From a virus (taxonomy: Duplodnaviria; Caudoviricetes), in IMG/VR virus record IMGVR_UViG_3300020470_001595, positions 1 to 60,382 of that record: a DNA stretch of 60,382 bases; one strand, 5' to 3'. Under the pieces are notes generated by a model. The model searched no databases and had not been told where the DNA came from. It saw only the letters and a program-made list of their open reading frames with translations. The stretch's first letter is position 1. The number at the start of each line of letters is the position of its first letter. Of the stretch, positions 10,718-19,530 are shown piece after piece. Made by a program: the position numbers and the translations under genes.

Positions 10718-11902
10718 ATGAAAAACACACACCTTGAGCATCTCGAAGATAACATTCTCAACGCTGGTTCTACTGGTGGATTGGAGACTGTTGACTTCCT
10801 GAAAGATTTTGGAAATATGCTTACAGGTAAGAAGAGTGATATTTCAATCTCAACCAAATGGGATGGAGCTCCTGCTATTGTATGTGGCAGAGACCCAGTA
10901 AATCATAGGTTCTTTGTTGGTACTAAATCAGTATTCAATAAGGTTAATCCTAAAGTATGTTATGATGATACAGATATAGATCGTTATTATCAAGCAGAGG
11001 TACTAAGAAGGAAACTTAAGACTTGTTTGAAGTATCTCTCACAAACTGGAATAGTTGGAGTGATGCAGGGTGATCTGCTGTTTACTGAAGAGGATAAGAA
11101 ATTTGCTAAGATAGGTGGCAAACAAGTGGTCACTTTCCAACCTAATGCTATTACATACGCTGTGCCTGTTGATTCACTCAAGGGAATTAGCGTGATGGAA
11201 GCAAAGTTGGGTTTGGTACTTCACACACTCTATATTGGTGAAACTCTTCAGGATATGAAGGCAGTATTTAATCCTAATTGGCAATTCCATACTATTCATA
11301 CTGATGAAAATATATTCATAGCTAATGCTAATTTTGCTGATGAAGCAGGTGTTGCTAAATTTAATGTTAGGGAATCTGCTAAGTTTACTGCATTGATTAA
11401 TAGAGCAACTGGATCATTGAAGAGATCATCTGAGTTCTTGAATATTATTCATGACTATGGTGAGTCTAAGTTTATTATGGCAATATTGTTTAAGAAGTTC
11501 TTCAATGATAGGATTCGTAAAGGTCAAGGAATTGTTGATACTAAAAGAGTAGCATCTGATTTTGCACAATTCTATTCTATCAGAATGGATGAAGAAATTG
11601 ATAGTAAGAAAACAGAAAAGACTAAATCGAAATATATTGAAATGAAACGCAATGGACTAGCATTTATTGCTAAGTATGAGCAGGAGATATATTTTACTGT
11701 TGCATCTTACATTTCAGTTCGTACTGCTAAGAAGATGATAATTGATCAGTTGAATAAAGTTAAGGAAATTGAGACATTTGTTGACAACATACCTTCACAA
11801 CCAGAGGGTTATGTGGTATCATATAATGGAAAAGCACTAAAGTTTGTCGATGATGACTTTAGAAGGGCAAACATTACAGTCACTAAATCATGGCAACCGT
11901 AG
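10718..11902 (+). CDS. Conserved phage protein (DUF6267-like) with ATP-dependent ligase-type motifs
   Basis: Start moved to MKNTHLEHLED, downstream of the promoter; KWDG, QGDLLF, PEGYVV, LKFVD motifs. Confidence 0.7.
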   Translation: MKNTHLEHLEDNILNAGSTGGLETVDFLKDFGNMLTGKKSDISISTKWDGAPAIVCGRDPVNHRFFVGTKSVFNKVNPKVCYDDTDIDRYYQAEVLRRKLKTCLKYLSQTGIVGVMQGDLLFTEEDKKFAKIGGKQVVTFQPNAITYAVPVDSLKGISVMEAKLGLVLHTLYIGETLQDMKAVFNPNWQFHTIHTDENIFIANANFADEAGVAKFNVRESAKFTALINRATGSLKRSSEFLNIIHDYGESKFIMAILFKKFFNDRIRKGQGIVDTKRVASDFAQFYSIRMDEEIDSKKTEKTKSKYIEMKRNGLAFIAKYEQEIYFTVASYISVRTAKKMIIDQLNKVKEIETFVDNIPSQPEGYVVSYNGKALKFVDDDFRRANITVTKSWQP

Positions 11903-12153
11903 CAACATTCAAAGACTTTATTAAAGTCAGGGAGTACATCTACCTTAAGTATGAGTATTATGCTAATTTGGGTAGAATGAGGGAAAATCTATCACCTGAA
12001 GAGGAGTTGGAACAACAAGCATGTTGGGAACTAATCAGGGATTTGAAGGGATTTCTTGATAATGTAGAGGAGAACTTTGAAGATCCTGATAGAGTGAATG
12101 ATTTCTTGATTGATGATAAAGTAGTACCTATCAATCCAATGTGGAATGACTAA
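11890..12153 (+). CDS. Hypothetical protein
   Basis: 87-aa ORF overlapping both neighbours in operon fashion. Confidence 0.7.
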   Translation: MATVATFKDFIKVREYIYLKYEYYANLGRMRENLSPEEELEQQACWELIRDLKGFLDNVEENFEDPDRVNDFLIDDKVVPINPMWND

Positions 12154-12730
12154 ATTTCAAGTTTATGATAACTTTTTGTTACCATCATATGCTAATTACT
12201 TAGAAACTTTAATGTTATCTAAGAGTATTAAATGGGAACATCAAGATCATATGGATCATGATGATAGCTATCCACAAAAGGTTCTAGGGATTCTTGATGA
12301 AGGGTATAGTATAGCACATAATACAATGTACCATGCACTTGCAGGTATGATTGGTCAAATAATAGATCAATTAATGCCTGATCAACATCCTGTTAGAATT
12401 AGAGGAGTTAAACAACGCAATATTACTGATAATATTCAATTTTATCCACCACACACAGATATGACTGATGATGGTGGGTATAGTTTAATATATTATCCTA
12501 CTGATTGTACAGGTGATACATATTTGTTTGCAGAGAAAGATATAAATGATGTATCATTTGTAGAAAATAATGATACATCAAATTATAATTGGGAACCTAC
12601 CGATCAAGTTTCACCAAAGAAGAATAGAATGATAGTATTTCCTTCTAATAATTATCATGCAGGATCACCACCATTAGAGATAAGATATTTAATTAATTTT
12701 AATTTCCTACCACTAAATAATCTTACCTAA
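12146..12730 (+). CDS. 2OG-Fe(II) oxygenase (cyanophage short type)
   Basis: PHTD, SLIYY, GDTYLF, PKKNRMIVF, HAGSPP, RYLINFN. Confidence 0.85.
   Translation: MTKFQVYDNFLLPSYANYLETLMLSKSIKWEHQDHMDHDDSYPQKVLGILDEGYSIAHNTMYHALAGMIGQIIDQLMPDQHPVRIRGVKQRNITDNIQFYPPHTDMTDDGGYSLIYYPTDCTGDTYLFAEKDINDVSFVENNDTSNYNWEPTDQVSPKKNRMIVFPSNNYHAGSPPLEIRYLINFNFLPLNNLT
12713..12719 (+). promoter_or_regulatory. Late promoter box upstream of the halogenase pair
   Basis: CTAAATA 20 nt upstream of ATG 12740. Confidence 0.45.
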
Positions 12731-12739
12731 AGTATTACT

Positions 12740-14098
12740 ATGTCCAGAAAAATTGCTGTAATTGGTGCATGTATGGAGGGTTTCCTTCAATTATGTGACT
12801 TAGTTAATAATAAAAGATATGGAGAAGGTTTAACAACATATAAAGATGATGAATATGTATTGATACATGATCCCAGTAAAGCAAGTCCATTCTCATTAAC
12901 TGGTGCTGGTTTAGCATTTCAGGAGATGATGGAGTCAGAGATATTCTTTACTAAAAGATGGTTGAAGAAATATTGTGATGCTGTTGAGGGTTGTGGTTAC
13001 AAATATATTGGATGGGGTAATAGGAGAGATAAGAACTTTGTGGTTCAAGGTTGTAGTCATATGTTTGATATGGATATGTTTAGAGCAGAATTTATTAAAG
13101 ATGGTGGAAAGATATTTGGTGATTTTGTTACTATAAAAGAAGAGAAGATTGATTCATTCTCAGTAGATGAAGATAAGGTTAGTATTAATGGTGCTGAGTA
13201 TGATTATGTCATTGATTGTAGTGAAGAATTGCCTATGATTGGTGAGGAGGATTATATGAATCCTTCTGTTATGTTTACCAATAGCTATGCATTAATAGAA
13301 AAACCAATACCAGGTGATTTTAATTATACTATACAATATGCTGCAAAACATGGTCATGTTACTGGATTACCATATCAAAGTAAACAAATATGGGTATATT
13401 TGTATGATAATGAGATAAGCACAAGAGCAGAAGTTTGGGAAGATTTTAAATCTATATTCCCTGATGAGGATATGTCAGAGTATAAGAGTTATGAATCTAC
13501 ATTTAGACCAAGAGTATCTAATTATATACTAAACCCAAACAATAAAAGATATTTTAGGAATGGTAATGCACTAATTAATATAGATCCTGGAAGTCCTGGA
13601 ACAAGTGCTCAATATAGTATGTTTGCTTCAGCACAGATTTGTAGGTATCTATTTAATGAAGCAGCAAGAAATGATGAGATAGTTAGTCAAGAATTGCAAT
13701 TAAATTATAATCATTATGTACTGCAAACTTTGCAGTCATTTATATGTTTCTCTTATCAGTATGGATCAAGATATGATACACCATTCTGGAATAAAGTATC
13801 AAAGGAGGCAAGAGAATATCTTGATGAACCATATTTTACCATGCCATCTATATTTCCTGGTAAACCAGTATCACAAATATTAATTAATGACACATTTAGT
13901 GAAGAAGATTATAGAATATCACATCATGTTGATCAGGGTGAAGGTGCTAAACTATTACCTTATGATTGGATGAATAATTCTAATATGTTCTATGAATATG
14001 CTATTGGATTAGGTGCGCCATATGCAGATAAATTGAGTAGGTTAGGTGATACTGATCCCCCTGAAGATTTTGGTACTATTTGTTATGATTGTTTATGA
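12740..14098 (+). CDS. Degenerate tryptophan-halogenase-family flavoprotein
   Basis: Colinear with the family (KIAVIG, YDYVIDCS, YGSRYDTPFW) but GxGxxG, the catalytic Lys region and WxWxIP are altered. Confidence 0.7.
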   Translation: MSRKIAVIGACMEGFLQLCDLVNNKRYGEGLTTYKDDEYVLIHDPSKASPFSLTGAGLAFQEMMESEIFFTKRWLKKYCDAVEGCGYKYIGWGNRRDKNFVVQGCSHMFDMDMFRAEFIKDGGKIFGDFVTIKEEKIDSFSVDEDKVSINGAEYDYVIDCSEELPMIGEEDYMNPSVMFTNSYALIEKPIPGDFNYTIQYAAKHGHVTGLPYQSKQIWVYLYDNEISTRAEVWEDFKSIFPDEDMSEYKSYESTFRPRVSNYILNPNNKRYFRNGNALINIDPGSPGTSAQYSMFASAQICRYLFNEAARNDEIVSQELQLNYNHYVLQTLQSFICFSYQYGSRYDTPFWNKVSKEAREYLDEPYFTMPSIFPGKPVSQILINDTFSEEDYRISHHVDQGEGAKLLPYDWMNNSNMFYEYAIGLGAPYADKLSRLGDTDPPEDFGTICYDCL

Positions 14099-15645
14099 TT
14101 AAGAATATTATTATTGTTGGTGGTGGTACTTCAGGATTAGTTACTGCTGCAATGTTTCAGGATTTCTGGAAACAAAAAGCTAATATATCTGTAATATATG
14201 ATCCAAATAATAAAACTATTGGTGTTGGTGAAGGTACTACACCTAGTTTTACTGATGTATTAAAGAATACTCTGGGTTATAGTACAGAGGATTGTATTAG
14301 ATCTTTAGATGCAACTATTAAATTAGGAGTTAAATTTAAGAATTGGATACCTAATGATGAATATTATCATGGATTTGGTCAAGTAGTCAATGATCTTGAT
14401 GGTAACCAAAATGAAGAATTGACAGATAATGTAGCATCTCTTCATGCATTATTAAATGATAAGTATACTGGTGGTGTTAATTTCAATGAAGCAACTACAA
14501 ATATACCTACTGATTTAAAAGACTATCATTTTGCATATCATATAACAACAGATAAATTAGTTGAGTTTTTGTTTAGATATTTAAAAGATAGAGTAACACT
14601 TATTCCTGATAAAGTAATAGAGGTAAACTCTGATGGTGAGAATATACAAAATATAATATGTGAGAAGACAGGTACATATGAAGCAGATTTATTTGTTGAT
14701 GCAACAGGGTTTGATCCTATTTTAATGAAGGAATTAAACAATGAGTGGGTAGACTTATCAAATCATTTACCTATTGATAGTGCAATTCCTCAACCAGTAG
14801 ATAATAATACTGGTAGTATTCCAACATATACTTTATCTGAAGCAACTAAACATGGTTGGATATGGCAGATACCAACTAGAGAAAGATTTGGTACTGGTTA
14901 TCTATATTCTTCTAAATTTACATCTGATGATGAAGCAAAGGAAGATTATAATAAATGGTTAATTAAGAATCATGGTGTAGGATTAGAGTCAAATAGAATA
15001 ATTAAATGGAACTCAGGACATTGGAAGAAGGCATGGGTAGGTAATTGTTTTGCTGTTGGATTGTCTGGTGGTTTTATCGAACCACTTGAGGCATTAACAC
15101 ATCAATATCTAACCTTTATGGTTGATAGCTTTATGAGTTTGAATTCTACATTAAAACACTTACAGTATAACAGAGATAGATTAAATATGGTACAAACTAG
15201 AATATTCTTTGATTATACACAGTTTCTTAATTTACATTATTGTACAAATAGAGATGATTCACCATTCTGGAGACATATGACTGCTAATAAAACTGAATGG
15301 GTCAGAACTATTGAAGAGAAATGTAAACATGAGTTCTTAGATCTCTTTAGAACTGATGATATGTTAGATTATTGGGGTCACGATAATTATATACAGGTAA
15401 TGAATGGAATTCATATGTTTAATAAAGATGCAATTAAAGATTTCATTAACTCAAGATTTTCAACTGAAGATTTAATGAGTGAATCTAGGAAACAAGATGA
15501 ATTCATTGAGTTTATGAAAAGAAAGATGGCATTTATAGATCATAAAGAATATCTTGATGAATTGCAACTGGTTGAAGATGAAGAGTATACAATAGGTAAA
15601 GAGCTAGAGACACTCAAAGAACCGTCCACCCTACCATACATTTAA
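14095..15645 (+). CDS. Flavin-dependent (tryptophan) halogenase, PrnA family
   Basis: GGGTSG, IGVGEGT, ATIKLG (catalytic Lys), DLFVDATGF, GWIWQIP, GFIEPLEA, LHY...SPFW; start at 14095 overlaps the upstream stop (ATGA). Confidence 0.9.
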   Translation: MIKNIIIVGGGTSGLVTAAMFQDFWKQKANISVIYDPNNKTIGVGEGTTPSFTDVLKNTLGYSTEDCIRSLDATIKLGVKFKNWIPNDEYYHGFGQVVNDLDGNQNEELTDNVASLHALLNDKYTGGVNFNEATTNIPTDLKDYHFAYHITTDKLVEFLFRYLKDRVTLIPDKVIEVNSDGENIQNIICEKTGTYEADLFVDATGFDPILMKELNNEWVDLSNHLPIDSAIPQPVDNNTGSIPTYTLSEATKHGWIWQIPTRERFGTGYLYSSKFTSDDEAKEDYNKWLIKNHGVGLESNRIIKWNSGHWKKAWVGNCFAVGLSGGFIEPLEALTHQYLTFMVDSFMSLNSTLKHLQYNRDRLNMVQTRIFFDYTQFLNLHYCTNRDDSPFWRHMTANKTEWVRTIEEKCKHEFLDLFRTDDMLDYWGHDNYIQVMNGIHMFNKDAIKDFINSRFSTEDLMSESRKQDEFIEFMKRKMAFIDHKEYLDELQLVEDEEYTIGKELETLKEPSTLPYI

Positions 15646-15664
15646 TATAATAATAAACTATAAT
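15607..15664 (+). promoter_or_regulatory. Early-type promoter motif copy 2
   Basis: GAGACA-N6-GAACCGTCCA with TATAAT at 15659-15664. Confidence 0.6.
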
Positions 15665-15686
15665 GAAAATACCTAAACGATCTGAT

Positions 15687-16412
15687 ATGACTGCTGCTGT
15701 GACTGCTGGTAAAAATGCCAAGAAAAAAGGACATGAATTCGAGCATCACATTGCTGGAACATTTAATAAACTATTTGGTGGAGATCATCAAGTTGATGGA
15801 AGACCACAAACTAAAGTAGATGTTTATGATAATGAAGGCACTAAGAGAAAATACTCTTGTAAGAGTATGTCAAAGAACCATACTCAGGTAGCATTGTTGT
15901 CTACTCAAGGTTTTATTGAACACTTTAAGATTAAAGGAAACAATAAAAAGTTTCTTGATATGTTCTTTGGATATTATAACAAAGAATGTAATAATATTGT
16001 AGAAGAGAAACATCCTGACTTAACTCTGTCTGCTATGGAGATAAGACAGAACCGAGTGTACAAAAATAATATAGAAAAGAAAATTTGCAGTTCTTTTGTA
16101 ACATGGATGAATCGAAACAAGTGTGCAATTTTTGATGTTATTGTTAGAAAGGGATATGATGGTGATTCAGTTGATACTATTATATTTCATACTAAAGGAT
16201 CTGAAATGATTAGAATGGTTCCTGTGGAAACTATAGCTAAACAGGTTGAAAATGGTAGATGGACACTCAATGATACAACTCTTGAATTTAGAATTGCAGA
16301 TGGTAGGAAACTATTTCATCTACAAATGAAGGGATCAGGTAAGAAATATAATAGTGGTTATCATAGCATGATGTTTCACATTTATAATATTAACTACAAT
16401 AAAATAATATGA
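15687..16412 (+). CDS. PD-(D/E)XK restriction-endonuclease-like protein
   Basis: GHEFE...KVDVY...YSCKS...TQV...LQMKG pattern; ATG 15663 overlaps the -10 box, so 15687 is preferred. Confidence 0.55.
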   Translation: MTAAVTAGKNAKKKGHEFEHHIAGTFNKLFGGDHQVDGRPQTKVDVYDNEGTKRKYSCKSMSKNHTQVALLSTQGFIEHFKIKGNNKKFLDMFFGYYNKECNNIVEEKHPDLTLSAMEIRQNRVYKNNIEKKICSSFVTWMNRNKCAIFDVIVRKGYDGDSVDTIIFHTKGSEMIRMVPVETIAKQVENGRWTLNDTTLEFRIADGRKLFHLQMKGSGKKYNSGYHSMMFHIYNINYNKII

Positions 16413-16702
16413 GTAAAGTAAATGTACCATTAGATCTATTTGAGTTAATACAGTTTGGTGAATTAATTAATGAGATTAATAATTTACCTAAATCTGAACG
16501 ATCTAGATTTATGGTTAATAACAATGATAACACATTTAATCAGTTAGTTGATATTGTTAACAAATTGAAATTATATTACGATCAAGCATTAGATGATGTT
16601 GGTTTTACTCTCGAAGATCACTATAAAGATAAGTTAGAATATCCTGATTTATGTAATCAAGTAATTGATATTATAAACGATAAATATCAACGACACGCTT
16701 AA
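16409..16702 (+). CDS. Hypothetical protein
   Basis: 97-aa ORF whose start overlaps the upstream stop. Confidence 0.65.
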   Translation: MSKVNVPLDLFELIQFGELINEINNLPKSERSRFMVNNNDNTFNQLVDIVNKLKLYYDQALDDVGFTLEDHYKDKLEYPDLCNQVIDIINDKYQRHA

Positions 16703-16707
16703 ATTTC

Positions 16708-17007
16708 ATGGCATCATATACAATTACCCTCAAAGATTCTGAAGGGGTTGAACTTAGTACATTTGATTGTGCAGAAGATACATACATTCTAGATCAATTA
16801 GAAGAGGAAGGTTTAGATCATCCTAGTTCATGTCGTGCTGGTGCTTGTTCATCATGTGCAATGAAATTAGAAAAGGGAAGTGTTAATCAAGAAGATCAAT
16901 CTTTCTTAGATGATGATCAAGTAGAGGAAGGATATGTGTTAACTTGTGTAGCGACACCTACATCAGATTGTGTTATAATAACAGAGCAAGAAGAAAATCT
17001 TTATTAA
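16708..17007 (+). CDS. petF: Plant-type [2Fe-2S] ferredoxin
   Basis: [10 protein letters not shown]...QSFLDDDQ...GYVLTC; ATAAATA at 16680-16686 upstream. Confidence 0.97.
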   Translation: MASYTITLKDSEGVELSTFDCAEDTYILDQLEEEGLDHPSSCRAGACSSCAMKLEKGSVNQEDQSFLDDDQVEEGYVLTCVATPTSDCVIITEQEENLY

Positions 17008-17097
17008 TGGATAACACTACAGTCGAAATTATTGATACCTTGATTTTATTGTCGGTTGGTGTTATAATAACATATTATCAGACAAGGGTATCTAAAA

Positions 17098-17259
17098 ATG
17101 ACGACATTTGAAGTTATTGCCAGATACACAGATTATCAAAGTAGATCACATTTTGTGTCTATAGATTCTGATACATCCGATAGGAGACATATTGAAGATT
17201 TAATTAAATCTCGATATCCTGCGGATAAAGTTTATATTCAAACTGTATCACAAAAATGA
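17098..17259 (+). CDS. Small hypothetical protein (MTTFEVIARY..., 53 aa)
   Basis: Hand-translated; stop overlaps the next ATG. Confidence 0.6.
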   Translation: MTTFEVIARYTDYQSRSHFVSIDSDTSDRRHIEDLIKSRYPADKVYIQTVSQK

Positions 17260-17468
17260 CTGCACCAATTCCTGAATGGACTCGACCAGAGTATAAAAAA
17301 AGACATCAAATTAAATCGAAATTTTATTATATCTTTTGGGGTATAGCTACGGTTTCAGTTGTATTTGGTCAACTATATGTTGGTAGTGGTTATAGATCAT
17401 ATGCCAACTCATTGAATAGAATTTTTGATACTATCGAAGTAGAAGTAAATCAACCTCGCTTTTATTAA
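17256..17468 (+). CDS. Small membrane protein
   Basis: Single hydrophobic segment FYYIFWGIATVSVVFGQLYVG. Confidence 0.7.
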   Translation: MTAPIPEWTRPEYKKRHQIKSKFYYIFWGIATVSVVFGQLYVGSGYRSYANSLNRIFDTIEVEVNQPRFY

Positions 17469-17470
17469 TC

Positions 17471-17878
17471 ATGCATTTACAGGACAGATTGTACAATTTC
17501 ATTATGAATTTCAATCTTAAAAAAGAGAATGAAACTAACATTTATGAATCACCTGATGGTGGCAATACTGTATATGTTAGAAAATCTAATCAAGATCCTA
17601 AATTTAGATCTAGAGTTATTATAAACCATGATGATCCATTTATTGATGAATTAGTATCAAAAGGATATACATTTGATATTGGTAATTCATGGTATCGCAG
17701 AAGATGGTCAACAAATAATGGTTCTGAATCTATTGAAGAAGTTTACCAAATGGTTGAACATGGTGATAATAAATCATGGAAACACTTGATGATTGGGTTC
17801 AATAATGAGGTATTTTATGAAGAACCAGTCGATAAAGTGTCACAACAGAGGGTTGGCAAGGACTTAGACCTGCTATAA
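17471..17878 (+). CDS. Hypothetical protein (IYESPDGG motif)
   Basis: 135-aa ORF; start uncertain. Confidence 0.6.
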   Translation: MHLQDRLYNFIMNFNLKKENETNIYESPDGGNTVYVRKSNQDPKFRSRVIINHDDPFIDELVSKGYTFDIGNSWYRRRWSTNNGSESIEEVYQMVEHGDNKSWKHLMIGFNNEVFYEEPVDKVSQQRVGKDLDLL

Positions 17879-17879
17879 T
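17822..17879 (+). promoter_or_regulatory. Early-type promoter motif copy 3
   Basis: GAACCA-N6-AAAGTGTCAC with TGcTATAAT (17874-17879). Confidence 0.8.
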
Positions 17880-17885
17880 GAGTAT

Positions 17886-17986
17886 GCGAAACAGTCAAGG
17901 GATCACTAAGTTTGAATCTAGTCTGACTTAGAAGCAGACACATGACGATTCAGTAATTGACTTCCCTTAGTCCCTTGATGTTTCGC
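17886..17986 (+). ncRNA. Candidate 101-nt rod-like structured RNA
   Basis: Starts 6 nt after TATAAT; GCGAAACA/TGTTTCGC, TCAAGGGA/TCCCTTGA, CTAAG/CTTAG, TGAATC/GATTCA and GTCTG/CAGAC nested pairings. Confidence 0.65.
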
Positions 17987-18014
17987 TCACCTACACACTT
18001 GCATTTATTATTTT

Positions 18015-18323
18015 ATGCCAACTGCTGCACCTGTTACGAAGAAAGTATCAACAACTCCTCGTAAAAGACGCACTCGTAAAGTAACAACAACTCCTAAAAA
18101 GACTGTTACTAAGGCAACAACGAAGAAATTAAAAAGACCTGCTAAACCAGTTTTGACTCTTAATCATTATAAGAGAGACTTCCAGTCAAGAGTTAAAATT
18201 CATAACTATGAGTTTAACTTATTTGTGGAAGATTGCAAAAAAGGTTATCAATTAGCTAACAAATCTCTTCGTAGTTTCTATGAGTATGCCAGCACTTCTT
18301 ACAAAGCACACTTCAATGTGTGA
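18015..18323 (+). CDS. Basic protein with K/R/T/P-rich N-terminus (possible nucleic-acid binding)
   Basis: TTPRKRRTRKVTTTPKK. Confidence 0.7.
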   Translation: MPTAAPVTKKVSTTPRKRRTRKVTTTPKKTVTKATTKKLKRPAKPVLTLNHYKRDFQSRVKIHNYEFNLFVEDCKKGYQLANKSLRSFYEYASTSYKAHFNV

Positions 18324-18377
18324 CACCTAAAGAACTGACACTCACCCCCTATTCAGGGGGTTTTTTATTGCTATAAT
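18320..18377 (+). promoter_or_regulatory. Early-type promoter motif copy 4
   Basis: GTGACA-N6-GAACTGACAC with TGcTATAAT (18372-18377). Confidence 0.8.
18344..18366 (+). terminator. Intrinsic terminator embedded in promoter copy 4
   Basis: CCCCCT-ATTC-AGGGGG followed by T6. Confidence 0.75.
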
Positions 18378-18383
18378 GAATGT

Positions 18384-18558
18384 GTTGAGGGATATGTGGT
18401 TCCTATGCCCCAGTTCTGGGGGTTCAGGTGTAAGCGATTCCCATAGGTTAAATTTGGACTCTTGGGTGAAACCCATTACAGTTAGTCCCACTCTCTCAAC
18501 TGCTGCATGTCCCTTTGGTGGTTTCAGACATGGAGGCGATAGGAAACCACCATTTTTT
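18384..18558 (+). ncRNA. Candidate ~175-nt structured RNA/leader (branched domain + pseudoknot/terminator)
   Basis: Starts 6 nt after TATAAT; GTTGAGGG/CTCTCAAC, CCTATG/CATAGG, CCCCAG/CTGGGG, GGACT/AGTCC, TGGGT/ACCCA, CATGTC/GACATG, TGGTGGTTTC/GAAACCACCA + T6. Confidence 0.7.
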
Positions 18559-18575
18559 CATTATGAGTAAATTCA

Positions 18576-19007
18576 ATGCCAGTAACTATGTCTTCTAATT
18601 ATAAAGAAGTCTTCAGCAAAGAGACAGTAGAACAAATTGAAGAATTGATAGAATTTGACTATCAACTAAACGAAGTTCTTGACTTTCTTGATACTTATGG
18701 TGAAGATAAAGTAGAATATTTTGAACCATATTCTCAAGCGATTGAGAACATTGGTTGTGATGATGCACAAGAAGTAGTTGATAGGTATGTTGATAGTAAT
18801 GGTATTGAATATGTTGAAGGTTGTGATGAATTGTACCAAGGAAATTATCAATCAGTAGAAGAATTTATTGATGTAATGGAACTAATTGATTATGATATTC
18901 CCTCATGGTTGTGTATAGATTATGAGGCAACATGGGATTCTGCATTGAGATTTGATTATGATAAGATTGATGCACCTTATGGTTATGATTTTTGGAGGAT
19001 TAATTGA
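18576..19007 (+). CDS. ArdA-like acidic antirestriction (DNA-mimic) protein
   Basis: Very acidic; YQGNY...EEF...IPSWL.IDYEATW...FDY resembles the ArdA C-terminal motif. Confidence 0.6.
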   Translation: MPVTMSSNYKEVFSKETVEQIEELIEFDYQLNEVLDFLDTYGEDKVEYFEPYSQAIENIGCDDAQEVVDRYVDSNGIEYVEGCDELYQGNYQSVEEFIDVMELIDYDIPSWLCIDYEATWDSALRFDYDKIDAPYGYDFWRIN

Positions 19008-19294
19008 TGACTAAGTTTTATTATCAAACTTATGATAATGCTAAGTACAATACTATTAATTCACAACGATTGTATAAACAATACCCACCAACATACGAGG
19101 AGACAGAACGAAAATGGAAATTGAAACTATTTAAATCTCGTAAATGTCGTAATGCTAGGAATGTTTGGAAGATTCTACATTGGGATTTACCTCAAGAAGA
19201 ATTTGAAGAATTGCGATATAAAGCAACAACATTCCCTGTAATGTATGATAAATGGGGATTCCGTAGGTCTAATCCATTTGGTGCAATCACCTAA
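19004..19294 (+). CDS. Hypothetical basic protein
   Basis: 96-aa ORF coupled to the upstream gene. Confidence 0.6.
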   Translation: MMTKFYYQTYDNAKYNTINSQRLYKQYPPTYEETERKWKLKLFKSRKCRNARNVWKILHWDLPQEEFEELRYKATTFPVMYDKWGFRRSNPFGAIT

Positions 19295-19321
19295 ATAAAT
19301 TATAGTAATTCTTCATTAATT

Positions 19322-19528
19322 ATGGCAAATTATGTACAGATAGTAACTTATCGTAAGTTACCTAAAGGCAAGAAACATTACACAGAAAATGTTATTGCAG
19401 AGTCACCAGTTGTTGCTCACGATGCACTTAAAGAGGCAAAAGGTAACATTGAAATTATTGATAACAAAACAACTTTAATTAGTATGTTAAGTGAAGATGA
19501 TCTCAAAGATTCTATTCAAGTACAATAA
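19322..19528 (+). CDS. Small hypothetical protein, paralog A
   Basis: YVQIVTY...YTENVIAESP; CTAAATA at 19291-19297. Confidence 0.7.
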   Translation: MANYVQIVTYRKLPKGKKHYTENVIAESPVVAHDALKEAKGNIEIIDNKTTLISMLSEDDLKDSIQVQ

Positions 19529-19530
19529 CT

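Noticed and set aside
17886-17986. Retron msr-msd or SRP RNA
   Set aside because: No reverse transcriptase in the window; the SRP GGAA-loop motif is not matched
18384-18500. 5S rRNA, tRNA or known riboswitch/ribozyme identity for the 117-nt domain
   Set aside because: Size and closing stem recall 5S, but conserved 5S motifs (CCGAAC) and tRNA, hammerhead or HDV cores are not evident; left unassigned
18376-18570. 64-aa ORF
   Set aside because: Its ATG overlaps the -10 box, upstream of the predicted TSS; the GC-rich, extensively paired sequence is better explained as RNA structure
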